Assembly (NCBI GenBank): GCA_029960955.1
Contig: JASBVS010000003.1
Location: 6,194 to 70,193, forward strand
Reading direction: 5' to 3'
From: Bacillota bacterium
Lineage (GTDB): Bacteria > Bacillota > Sulfobacillia > JAIMAT01
DNA: 64,000 nucleotides
In this document: positions 35,798-45,360 of the stretch, piece by piece
Position numbering within the stretch: position 1 is the stretch's first letter
Layout of the letters: the number at the start of each line of letters is the position of its first letter
Program-made: the position numbers and the translations under genes
Notes under the pieces: generated by a model
Databases searched by the model: none
What the model was told of the DNA's origin: nothing
What the model saw: only the letters and a program-made list of their open reading frames with translations

Positions 35798-36822
35798 GCC
35801 AGTCCCAGCTCCCGGCGCACCTCCTGGACGGCGCGCACCATCACCTCCAGCTTCCGCTTCGCCTCCTCCTCGGTCCGGGTCTTCAGCCCGCAGTCGGGAT
35901 CGACGTAGACGCGCTCGGGAGGAAGGAACTCCAGCGCGCGGTAGATGCCCCGCTTCACCTCCTCCACGCTCTCGATCCGGTGGCTGTGCACGTCGATGAC
36001 GCCCAGGCCGATCTCCTTCGAAAGGGGGTAGCGGCGGAGCAGGTCCAGCAGGGCGTAGTCGCCGTTGGCCATCTCCAGGTCGAGCTGGTCGACCGGCAGC
36101 TCCAGCAGCGCCGGGAGGACCTCCTCCCAGTGGCCGTAGCAGACGTGGCTGACCGTGTGCGCCTTCAGGCCGCGGGTCACGCGGCCCAGCGCCTCGATGG
36201 CGAGGTCGATCTCCTCCGGGCGCGTGGAGACGGCCGGCTCGTCGATCTGGATGAACTGCGCCCCGGCCGCCTCCAGCTCCAGCGCCTCCTCGTGGAGCGC
36301 CTCCGCCAGCGCCAGCGTCAGGCTGCGGCGGTCGGGGTAGTACTCGTCGAACGACCAGTCGCACATGGTGTAGGGACCGGTCAGGATGGCCTTGACCGGC
36401 CGGTCGGTCAGCGCCTGCGCCTCGCGCCAGCTCTCCAGCGCCAGCGGCCGGACGCGGCGGACGGGTCCGACCACGATCGGCTTGCGGTAGTACCGGTTGC
36501 CGTAGGAGCGGACGGGGCCCGAGATGGCGAAGCCGTCCAGGAGCTCGGCGAAGTAGGTGGCCATGTCGCCGCGCTCCATCTCGCCGTGGACCGGGACGTC
36601 GATGCCGATCGCCTCCTGGAAGCGGATCCACGCCTCCGTCGCCTCCCGTTCGAGGCGGCGCAGCTCCTCCTGCGCGACCTCCCCCCTGCGCGCCCGCTCC
36701 CGCGCCTCCAGCAGCGCCGGCGGCTTGGGCAGGCTGCCGACGCCGGTGGTGCGCAGCGTCCGGTGGGGAATGCCCAGCTTCCTCGAGCCGGGACGACCTC
36801 CGCCGTTCGCACTTCCCGTCAT
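35794..36822 (-). CDS. MetE C-terminal (catalytic, Zn-binding) domain-only cobalamin-independent methionine synthase homologue.
   Basis: 342 aa: GVGSLPKP...ILTGPYTMCDWSF...QIDEPAVS...VSHVCYGHWEE...VDPDCGLKTR (MetE C-domain Zn and homocysteine ligands). ATG at 36822 after GGGGGA, with 4-nt overlaps to both neighbours. Confidence 0.75.
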   Translation of the reverse strand: MTGSANGGGRPGSRKLGIPHRTLRTTGVGSLPKPPALLEARERARRGEVAQEELRRLEREATEAWIRFQEAIGIDVPVHGEMERGDMATYFAELLDGFAISGPVRSYGNRYYRKPIVVGPVRRVRPLALESWREAQALTDRPVKAILTGPYTMCDWSFDEYYPDRRSLTLALAEALHEEALELEAAGAQFIQIDEPAVSTRPEEIDLAIEALGRVTRGLKAHTVSHVCYGHWEEVLPALLELPVDQLDLEMANGDYALLDLLRRYPLSKEIGLGVIDVHSHRIESVEEVKRGIYRALEFLPPERVYVDPDCGLKTRTEEEAKRKLEVMVRAVQEVRRELGLA

Positions 36823-37859
36823 CGCGCATCCCCCCTGACGGCTCGGATCGCTTCGCCCAGCCGCTCCAGTTTCGCCCGCGCCTTGTCGGCGGGGAGGAAC
36901 TCGAGGCTGGCGCTGGGGTGGAGCGTCATCCGCTCCACCGGCACCTTGCCCGAGAGCCGCTCGACGAGGCGGAGCACCTCCTCCACCCTCTCCAGGCGCG
37001 GCTGCCGCGCGTCGAGGCAGCCGAGGCCCACCCCCCGGGGGAAACCCTCGGCCGCCAGCCGCCCGGCGACGGAGGGACCGGAGGCCAGGTCGAAGAGCAC
37101 GTCGTCGACCGGCCACTCCGCCAGCTCCTCCAGCAGGGGCGCCGCGTCGCCGAAGAAGAGCGCCAGCTGGGTGCGCGCGCCCAGCCCCGACACCACCCGG
37201 CGCGTCGCCTCGCGCGCCTCCGCCAGCCAGGCGGCGCGGTCGCGCAGCGCCCGCTCGCGGTCGGCACCCTGCGGCCGGACCAGCTCCGGTTCGTCCAGCT
37301 GGACGACGGCGGCGCCGGCCTCGACCGCGCCGGCCGCCAGCAGGTGGAGCGCCTCGCTCAGGTCGGCCAGGAGCCCCTCCCGGTCGTGGTAGTGCTCGTC
37401 GACCACCAGCGCGGCCGCCGTCAGGGGGCCGGGCAGCACCACCTTCACCCGCCGCTCCGTCCTCCGCGCCAGCCAGGCCGTCTGGCCGGCGAGGCTCATG
37501 CCGGCCGGGGCGATCCTGCCCGTCACCCGCGGAGCCCGGTAGTAGAAGTTGTTGTCGTAGTAGCGCACCAGGCCGCCCGGCTCGAGGCCGGCCAGGTCGC
37601 GCACCAGCGGCTCCATCAGGTCGTCCTGCCGCACCTGGCCGTCGGTCACCGGATCGAGAGCGGCCGCCTCCTGCTCGCGGACGACGCGGAGCACGGTGGC
37701 GTCGTAGGCGGCGGCCAGGGCGGCCGCGTCGATCTCGCCGCTCTCGAAGCGGTTCCGCTCGCGGCGCAGGTTGACGTCGCCGCGCCGCCAGGGGATGTGG
37801 GGGTAGCCGTCGAGGAGCGCGGCCTCCGGGCCGCGCGCATGGGCCGTCCTCTCCTGCAA
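36819..37859 (-). CDS. MetE N-terminal-domain-like (UroD/MetE fold) protein as a separate polypeptide.
   Basis: 346 aa: GYPHIPWRRGDVNLRRERNRFESGEIDAAAL...VTDGQVRQDD...VVLPGPLT...VQLDEPEL...GLGCLDARQPRLE resembles the folate-binding N-half of MetE. TTG start at 37859 after AAAGGAG. Confidence 0.6.
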   Translation of the reverse strand: MQERTAHARGPEAALLDGYPHIPWRRGDVNLRRERNRFESGEIDAAALAAAYDATVLRVVREQEAAALDPVTDGQVRQDDLMEPLVRDLAGLEPGGLVRYYDNNFYYRAPRVTGRIAPAGMSLAGQTAWLARRTERRVKVVLPGPLTAAALVVDEHYHDREGLLADLSEALHLLAAGAVEAGAAVVQLDEPELVRPQGADRERALRDRAAWLAEAREATRRVVSGLGARTQLALFFGDAAPLLEELAEWPVDDVLFDLASGPSVAGRLAAEGFPRGVGLGCLDARQPRLERVEEVLRLVERLSGKVPVERMTLHPSASLEFLPADKARAKLERLGEAIRAVRGDAR

Positions 37860-37988
37860 CTCCTTTGCCAGCTCCTTTTCGGTCCAGAGTCGGTGCTGCC
37901 CGATCCCCCGCTTCGCCGGCCCCGCCCCCGCACCTCCCGCCCGGCGCCCGGCGGGTGGCGGCGGGCGACGGCGGCCGCGGCTCGCCCC

Positions 37989-39011
37989 TCAGGGCGTCCG
38001 GGCGTGACGGTCGCCGGCGGAGCGCCCGCCGCCCCCGCCCCGCGGGCCGAGGAGCTCCTCCAGCGCCGCCTCCGGCCGCGCGTAGCGGAAGCGGTAGCCC
38101 AGCGCCAGCGCCCGCGCCGGCAGGGCGCGCTGGCCGGAGAGGAGGAGCGCCTCGGCCATCTCGCCCAGCGCCAGGCGGAGGAGCGGCGCCGGGGCGGGGA
38201 ACCACGCCGGTCGCCCCAGGAAGCGGCCGATGAGGCGGGCCAGCTCGCGCTGGCGGACCGGCTCGGGGGCGACCGCGTTGAGCGGCCCTTCCACCCGCTC
38301 CTCCTCCAGCGCCCAGCGGATCAGGCCGACCTCGTCGGCCAGGTGGATCCAGGGCACCCACTGCCCGCCGCCCCCCAGCGGTCCGCCCAGCCCCAGGCGG
38401 AAGGGGCGGAGGAGCTGCGGCAGGGCGCCTCCCTCGCGGGCCAGGACCAGGCCCGTCCGCAGCCGGACGACGCGCAGGCCGAGCCGCTCCGCGGCCTCCG
38501 CCTCCCGCTCCCAGGCGACGCAGACCCGCGCCAGGAAGTCGCTGCCCGGGCCCGCTTCCTCGGTCAGCTCCTCGTCGCCGTGCGGCCCGTAGTAGCCGAC
38601 GGCCGAACCGCTGACCAGCGCCTTCGGCCTCCGCTCCGCCGCCTCCAGCGCCTCCACCAGCGCCCGCGTGGAGCGGACGCGGCTCTGGAGGATCCGCTCC
38701 TTCCGCGCCGCCGTCCAGCGGCCGGAGGCGATGGACTCGCCGGCCAGGTGGACGACCGCGTCGGCCTCCTCCAGGGCGCGCCGCCACTCGCCCGACTCGC
38801 CGGCCTGCGGCCCCGGCGCCAGCGCCAGCTCGCCCGCGGGCAGCGCCGGCCAGGCGAGCAGCCGGACGCCCGGGGGCAGCCGCCCGGCCGCGGACGGAGC
38901 CGGCCTCCGGCTGAGGACGACCACCCCGTGACCCTCGGAGGCCAGGGCCTCGGCCAGGGCGCGACCGATCAGGCCGGTCCCTCCCGTCACCACCACGCGC
39001 AACGCCGCCAC
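37989..39011 (-). CDS. yfcH: YfcH/TIGR01777-family NAD-dependent epimerase-like protein (SDR fold plus DUF1731).
   Basis: MAALRVVVTGGTGLIGRALAEAL...GPLNAVAPEPVRQRELARLIGRFLGRPAWFPAPAPLLRLALGEMAEALLLSGQRALPARALALGYRFRY. GTG at 39011 after GGGGGAGGAG. Confidence 0.75.
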   Translation of the reverse strand: MAALRVVVTGGTGLIGRALAEALASEGHGVVVLSRRPAPSAAGRLPPGVRLLAWPALPAGELALAPGPQAGESGEWRRALEEADAVVHLAGESIASGRWTAARKERILQSRVRSTRALVEALEAAERRPKALVSGSAVGYYGPHGDEELTEEAGPGSDFLARVCVAWEREAEAAERLGLRVVRLRTGLVLAREGGALPQLLRPFRLGLGGPLGGGGQWVPWIHLADEVGLIRWALEEERVEGPLNAVAPEPVRQRELARLIGRFLGRPAWFPAPAPLLRLALGEMAEALLLSGQRALPARALALGYRFRYARPEAALEELLGPRGGGGGRSAGDRHARTP

Positions 39012-39139
39012 CTCCTCCCCCGCGAGCCGCCGCCGCGCGCACCCCCGCGCCGCCCGCGGAGCACCCTGCTTAGGCCGATTCGCTTCCTCGGGCCGGCGGC
39101 CTTCTCCGCCCGGTGGGAAAACGGGCGCCTGCCGGCGAA

Positions 39140-40573
<1,434 letters not shown>

Positions 40574-40582
40574 ACGCCCGGG

Positions 40583-40650
40583 GGTGGCTCCGGGCGCCGC
40601 CCGTCCCCCGGAGCCACCAGGAAGCGGCCCGGGGAGAGCTCCCCGGGCCG
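40583..40650. terminator. Two perfect GC hairpins in the convergent fumC/SASP intergenic region (candidate bidirectional terminators).
   Basis: GGTGGCTCCGGG-N12-CCCGGAGCCACC (40583-40618) and the 26-nt palindrome CGGCCCGGGGAGAGCTCCCCGGGCCG (40625-40650). Confidence 0.4.
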
Positions 40651-40730
40651 CCCGCCTGCGGACGCCTCAGCGCCTGGCGGCACCGGCCGCTAGGCGAGGC
40701 TGCGCGCCCGCGCCGCCGCTCCGCTCTGCC

Positions 40731-40952
40731 TCATCGAAACGGTTGCGCGCCGCGGAGCCCCTCGCCGGGCGAACCCCGGGCCTGGCCGGCCAGCGAACGT
40801 TCCGCCCGCTCGATGGCGAGACGGACGAGGCTTCCGCAGTTGCGCGAGGAGACGGATCCCCAGCCCTCGCGCTCCACGACCCCGGCCACGCCCAGTTCGC
40901 GCGCCAGCTCGACCTTGAGCGCGTCCGACATCAGGCCAGCACGCCGTGCCAC
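40731..40952 (-). CDS. Alpha/beta-type small acid-soluble spore protein (SASP).
   Basis: MSDALKVELARELGVAGVVEREGWGSVSSRNCGSLVRLAIERAE matches the SASP signatures (K-x-E-I/L-A-x-E-L/F-G-V and G-S-V-x-x-x-x-x-x-x-L-V). The start is moved to GTG at 40952 with SD AGGTGGGA 5 nt upstream (ORF-track start 40964). Confidence 0.7.
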   Translation of the reverse strand: MARRAGLMSDALKVELARELGVAGVVEREGWGSVSSRNCGSLVRLAIERAERSLAGQARGSPGEGLRGAQPFR

Positions 40953-41060
40953 CGGTGATCCCACCTTTGCAGCCTGGCTTCGGCCTGCACGTAGAGTCTG
41001 CCCGGCGCGGGCGCCTCCGCCTCAGGAGGAGTCCGCCGGCCGCGGATCGAGCCGCCAGGA

Positions 41061-42278
41061 TCAGGCGGAGCGGACCACTTCCGGCAGCGCCTGGGCGAGG
41101 CGGTCGATCTCTTCCTCCGTGTTGAAGAAGCCGGTGGAGATGCGCATCCTGGGCGGGTGAGGCGTGACGCGCAGCATGAAGCCGCGCTCGCGCAGCGCGC
41201 GCACGACGCGCTCCGGGGCGGCGCCCTGCGCCTCGAAGTGGAGGAGCCCGGCGGCGTTGGCGGGCGTCGTCACGCGCAGGCCGGGAAGCTCGCCCAGGCG
41301 CGCGCGGGCGTAGGCGGCCAACCGCTCGACGCGCGCGAAGAGCTCCGGCCAGCCCAGCGATTCGAGCCACTCCAGGCCCTCCCGCCAAGCCTCCAGGGCG
41401 GGCTCGAAGACGGTGCCCACCTCGAAGCGGCGCGCCCCCTCGGCCAGCTCCAGGCGCGGCGCGTCGGCGGCCACCGTGCCGTGGCGGGCGCTGGCCCAGG
41501 CGGCGAAGGTGGGCCGCAGCTCGGCCAAGCGGTCGGCGCGCACGTAGAGCGCCCCGGTCCCCTCCGGTCCGAGCAGCCACTTCTGCCCCGGCAGCGCGTA
41601 GAAATCGACGCCCAGGGCGTGCACGTCGACGGGGAGGGCGCCGGCCGACTGGGCGCCGTCGACCAGCACCGGCACGCCCCGCGCATGGGCCATCGTCACG
41701 ATCTCCGCCAGCGGCAGGCGGGCGCCGGTGGAGTAGCTGACGTGGGAGAGCAGGAGGAGCCGCGTGGCGGGTGTCAGCGCGCGCCGGATCCCCTCCAGCG
41801 CCGCCTCCTCCGAGCCGTCGCCGACGGAGGCGAAGCGGAGGCCGACGCCGCGCCGCTGGTGGAGGAGGTAGAGCGGCACGAGGCCGCCCTCGTGCTCGGC
41901 GTCGGTGGTGACCACCTCGTCGCCCGGGGTCCACTCGATTCCCCAGAGGACGATGTTCAAGCCTTCGCTGGTGTGGTGGGTCAGGGCCACTTCCTCCGCG
42001 CCGGCGCCGATCAGGGCGGCCACCCGGGCCCGCAGCGCCTCCCTCCGCTCCCGCGCCAGCGGCCAGAGGTCGGGCCAGGCGCGACCCTCCTCCACCTCGC
42101 GCGCCAGCGCCCTCTCCAGCGCCGCCGCCACCCGGCGGGGAAGCGGGCCCGCCGTGCCGGTATTCAGGTAGACGGCGCGCCGGACCGCAGGAAGCTCCTC
42201 GCGCACGGCCTGGAGATCGAGCACCGCCCCGTCCCTCCCGCGCGGCGGACGGCCCGGGAGCCGCACCGCCAGGCTCAC
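41061..42278 (-). CDS. Class V (fold type I) PLP-dependent aminotransferase/desulfurase-like enzyme; no C-terminal catalytic Cys was found.
   Basis: PLP lysine context FYALPGQKWLLGPEGTGALYVR, with LTHHTSEGLNIV and LLLSHVSYSTGARLP. It is nested in a longer spurious ORF in another frame. Confidence 0.7.
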   Translation of the reverse strand: MSLAVRLPGRPPRGRDGAVLDLQAVREELPAVRRAVYLNTGTAGPLPRRVAAALERALAREVEEGRAWPDLWPLARERREALRARVAALIGAGAEEVALTHHTSEGLNIVLWGIEWTPGDEVVTTDAEHEGGLVPLYLLHQRRGVGLRFASVGDGSEEAALEGIRRALTPATRLLLLSHVSYSTGARLPLAEIVTMAHARGVPVLVDGAQSAGALPVDVHALGVDFYALPGQKWLLGPEGTGALYVRADRLAELRPTFAAWASARHGTVAADAPRLELAEGARRFEVGTVFEPALEAWREGLEWLESLGWPELFARVERLAAYARARLGELPGLRVTTPANAAGLLHFEAQGAAPERVVRALRERGFMLRVTPHPPRMRISTGFFNTEEEIDRLAQALPEVVRSA

Positions 42279-43030
42279 CCGGCCGTCCCCGCCCCCCGTT
42301 CGACCGGGTAGCCTTCGGCCTTCCAGGCGGCAAACCCTCCCGCCAGAAGCCCGACGCGGGGGAACCGCCTCGCCAGGAGCGGCAGCGCGCTCCGCCCGAG
42401 GAAGCAGTACGGCCCGCGGCAGTACGCGACCGCCTGCGCCGGCCCTTCCTGGCGAGCCAGCTCTTCCAGCGCCTCCGGCCGCGCGGCCAGCTCCTCGGCG
42501 GGCAGCGAGCGCGCCCCCGGCAGGTGGCCCGCCGCGAACTCGACCGCCGGCCGCAGGTCGATCAGGAGCACCCGCCCGAGCCTTCCGGCGAGCTCGGCGG
42601 CCTCCAGCGGCGGCCCGCCCCCGCCCGCCTCCAGCCCGGCGGCTTCGCGCGCCAGCTCCGCCAGCCGCCGCGAGTGCCGCGCCGCCGCCTTCTGCAGCTC
42701 CAGCCAGAGGTTAAGGATGTCGTCGCCGGCAAGGCGATACTCGACGTAGAGCCCGTGCCGCTCGGCCTCCACCAGCCGCTGGCGGCGCAGGACACCCAGG
42801 TGCTGCGAGGCGCTGGCCACGCCCAGCCCTGCGGCCCCGGCCAGCGCCTCGACCGTCCGCGGGCCCTGCGCCAGGAGCCCGAGCAGGCGCAGCCGGTGCG
42901 GGTGGGCGAGGGCGCGGGCGAAGCGCGCCAGCTCCGCCAGCGCGCCCGCCTCCGCTCCGCCGGGCCCGCCAGCCGGCAGGGTGGTCTCCGACCGGGAAGT
43001 CTCCGGCGGCACGCTCCCGCCAGCCGTCAT
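42275..43030 (-). CDS. ArsR-family winged-helix regulator fused to a C-terminal rhodanese domain.
   Basis: N-terminal LARFARALAHPHRLRLLGLLAQGPRTVEALAGAAGLGVASASQHLGVLRRQRLVEAERHGLYVEY (ArsR HTH). C-terminal rhodanese-like VLLIDLRPAVEFAAGHLPGARSLP...AVAYCRGPYCFLG. It overlaps the downstream aminotransferase start by 4 nt. Confidence 0.7.
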   Translation of the reverse strand: MTAGGSVPPETSRSETTLPAGGPGGAEAGALAELARFARALAHPHRLRLLGLLAQGPRTVEALAGAAGLGVASASQHLGVLRRQRLVEAERHGLYVEYRLAGDDILNLWLELQKAAARHSRRLAELAREAAGLEAGGGGPPLEAAELAGRLGRVLLIDLRPAVEFAAGHLPGARSLPAEELAARPEALEELARQEGPAQAVAYCRGPYCFLGRSALPLLARRFPRVGLLAGGFAAWKAEGYPVERGAGTAG

Positions 43031-43175
43031 CGTCTCATCCCCTCTGTCGTCCCCGCTCTTCTGGTATATTCAATGCCGCGGTTGAATAACGGTCGTCGGG
43101 CGGCGCCGCCCCCTTCCCGCCGCGGCTGGCGGAGGGGCGGTTCGCGCCTCCGGCTCGCCGACGGGAGGGATCGAG

Positions 43176-43697
43176 GTGTTCCAGAACGTCGACGTCGACG
43201 CCCTGCGCTCCACCATCGACCAGGCGTCCGCAGGCGCTTCCACGCGCCAGAGCGTCGTCCTCGAGGGCGACTGGAACTTCCGGGACGGGCAACCCCAGTT
43301 CGCCGCCACCCTGGGCACGCCCAGGGCCGGGCAGGTGACGCTCCAGGCGGACTTCCCGCCCCACATGGGCGGCAACGGCCTCGCGCCCAGCGCCGTCCAG
43401 TACTGCATGTACGGGGCCATGGCCTGCTTCGCCTCCACCTTCGCGCTGGTGGCCGCCCTGGAGGGGATCGGACTCCGCTCGCTCCACGTCCGCTCGACGG
43501 CCGACGTCAACTTCGCCCGCTTCTTCGGGCTGGGCGAGGCGCCCGTGATCGAAGCGCTGCGCTGGGAGGTGGAGGTGGAGAGCGACGCCCCGCAGGAGGC
43601 GCTCGACCGGCTCCTGCAGACGGCTGAGGAGCGCTGCCCGGCCACCTGGTGCCTGCGCAACCCGGTGCCCGTGCAGGCGTCCGTGCGCCGCCGCTGA
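43176..43697 (+). CDS. OsmC/Ohr-family peroxiredoxin-like protein.
   Basis: GNGLAPSAVQYCMYGAMACFASTFALVAA...AEERCPATWCL, with two conserved Cys regions. GTG at 43176 after GGGAGGGA. Confidence 0.7.
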   Translation: MFQNVDVDALRSTIDQASAGASTRQSVVLEGDWNFRDGQPQFAATLGTPRAGQVTLQADFPPHMGGNGLAPSAVQYCMYGAMACFASTFALVAALEGIGLRSLHVRSTADVNFARFFGLGEAPVIEALRWEVEVESDAPQEALDRLLQTAEERCPATWCLRNPVPVQASVRRR

Positions 43698-43867
43698 GGC
43701 TCCCGCCGCTCTCCCGCCCGGGCCGTGCGAGCGCCGCGGTCCGGGCGGCCGGCTTCCCGTGCCGTTTCCGTAGATTTGCCAGGGCGTCATCCCCCTTCCG
43801 AAGAATTCGGAGATCCCCCGCATGGGTGATTCCGGCCTTCCTGGGCCTCGCCTTAGGCTTTAGGTAG

Positions 43868-43912
43868 GCGCGAGGCTATTTTTTCAGATCAAACTGTTCT
43901 TTTGCCTCGCGC
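43868..43912 (+). promoter_or_regulatory. GC-clamped hairpin with a 27-nt AT-rich loop upstream of cydA (candidate operator or cis-regulatory element).
   Basis: GCGCGAGGC-tattttttcagatcaaactgttctttt-GCCTCGCGC, 40 nt upstream of the cydA ATG. The loop contains a TTTTT-N4-ATCAA FNR/CRP-like half-match. It is the only AT-rich stretch in a 255-nt GC-rich intergenic region. Confidence 0.3.
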
Positions 43913-43952
43913 CAAGGCCACGGGACGCGCTCCCCCACAAGGAGGGCGGGAT

Positions 43953-45347
43953 ATGCCTCTCAACCTTCTGCTCGCGCGATGGCAGTTCGGCGTCACGACC
44001 GTCTTCCATTTCTTCTTCGTACCGTTGACCATCGGCCTCAGCCTGCTGATCGCCGTCCTGGAGACGCTCTACGTGCGCCGCGGCGAGGAAGCCTACCGGA
44101 CGCTGGCGCAATTCTTCGGAAAGCTCTTCCTCGTCAACTTCGCGCTGGGCGTCGTTACCGGAATCTTGCAAGAGTTCCAGTTCGGCATGAACTGGTCCGA
44201 CTACTCGCGCTTCGTGGGTGACGTCTTCGGCGCGCCGCTGGCCGTGGAGGCGCTGCTCGCCTTCTTCATGGAGTCGACCTTCCTGGGGGTCTGGATCTTC
44301 GGCTGGGAGAAGATCTCCAAGTCGCTCCACGCCGCCTCCATGTGGCTGGTCGCCGTGGGCACGCTGATCTCGGCCTTCTGGATCCTGACCGCCAACTCGT
44401 TCATGCAGGAGCCGGTGGGCTACGCGCTGCGCGGAGGCCGCGCCGAGATGGTCAATTTCTTCGCGCTGCTGGGCAACCCGCAGCTCTGGGTGGAGTTCCC
44501 GCACACCGTCTTCGGCGCCTACGCCACGGCCGGCTTCTTCGTGGCGGGCGTCAGCGCCTACCAGATCCTGCGGCGCCATCACCCCGACCTCTTCCTGCGC
44601 TCGCTCAAGCTGGGCGTCGGCTTCGCCGCCGCCTTCAGCCTGCTGGTGGTGGTGATGGGCCACGCGCAGGCGGTCCATCTGGTCAGCGCCCAGCCCATGA
44701 AGATGGCGGCCTCCGAGGCGCTGTGGAAGGACAGCCCGAGCCCGGCGCCCTGGACGCTCCTCGCCATCCCGGACAGCGCCAACCAGAGGAACTACCTGGA
44801 GATCAAGATCCCGTACGCCCTGAGCCTGCTGGCCTACGGCCGGCTCTCCGGGAGCGTGCCGGGCATCGAGGCGCTGCAGGCGCAGGAGGCGGCCCGCTAC
44901 GGGCCGGGCGACTACGTGCCGCCCGTCGGCGTCACCTTCTGGACCTTCCGCATCATGGTGCTGGCCGGCCTGCTCATGCTCATCCTCGGCCTCTACGGCG
45001 CCGTCCTGCTCTGGCGGAAGCGCGACCTGGCGGTGCGGCCGCGCTACCTCCGCCTGCTGGTCTGGGCGATCGCGCTGCCCTACGTCGCCAACGCCACGGG
45101 CTGGCTGATGACGGAGATCGGGCGACAGCCCTGGGTGGTGACCGGCCTCCTGAAGACGGCCGACGCGGTCTCGCCCACCGTCACCGGCCTGGACGTCGGG
45201 CTCAGCCTCGTCCTCTTCACCCTGCTCTACTCGCTGATGGCGGCGGCCGACCTGCGCCTGACGCTGAAGTACGTGCGCCTGGGCCTGGAGAGCCGCGAGC
45301 CCGAGGAAGCACCCGAGGTCGGCGTCCAGCCGACGGTCGGCCTCTGA
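43953..45347 (+). CDS. cydA: Cytochrome bd menaquinol oxidase subunit I.
   Basis: MPLNLLLARWQFGVTTVFHFFFVPLTIGL...Q-loop...GWLMTEIGRQPWVV. ATG at 43953 after GGAGGG. Confidence 0.9.
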   Translation: MPLNLLLARWQFGVTTVFHFFFVPLTIGLSLLIAVLETLYVRRGEEAYRTLAQFFGKLFLVNFALGVVTGILQEFQFGMNWSDYSRFVGDVFGAPLAVEALLAFFMESTFLGVWIFGWEKISKSLHAASMWLVAVGTLISAFWILTANSFMQEPVGYALRGGRAEMVNFFALLGNPQLWVEFPHTVFGAYATAGFFVAGVSAYQILRRHHPDLFLRSLKLGVGFAAAFSLLVVVMGHAQAVHLVSAQPMKMAASEALWKDSPSPAPWTLLAIPDSANQRNYLEIKIPYALSLLAYGRLSGSVPGIEALQAQEAARYGPGDYVPPVGVTFWTFRIMVLAGLLMLILGLYGAVLLWRKRDLAVRPRYLRLLVWAIALPYVANATGWLMTEIGRQPWVVTGLLKTADAVSPTVTGLDVGLSLVLFTLLYSLMAAADLRLTLKYVRLGLESREPEEAPEVGVQPTVGL

Positions 45348-45360
45348 GGGGGGATCGCGG

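Noticed and set aside
37860-39139. Searched for an S-box (SAM-I) riboswitch upstream of the methionine cluster and of yfcH.
   Set aside because: I found no match to the conserved S-box core (for example the GGUGCUAAUUCC... / ...AGAGGNGGNGGGA elements) by eye. Only a short GC hairpin (CCCGCC...GGCGGG) is present. This needs a covariance-model scan to be sure.
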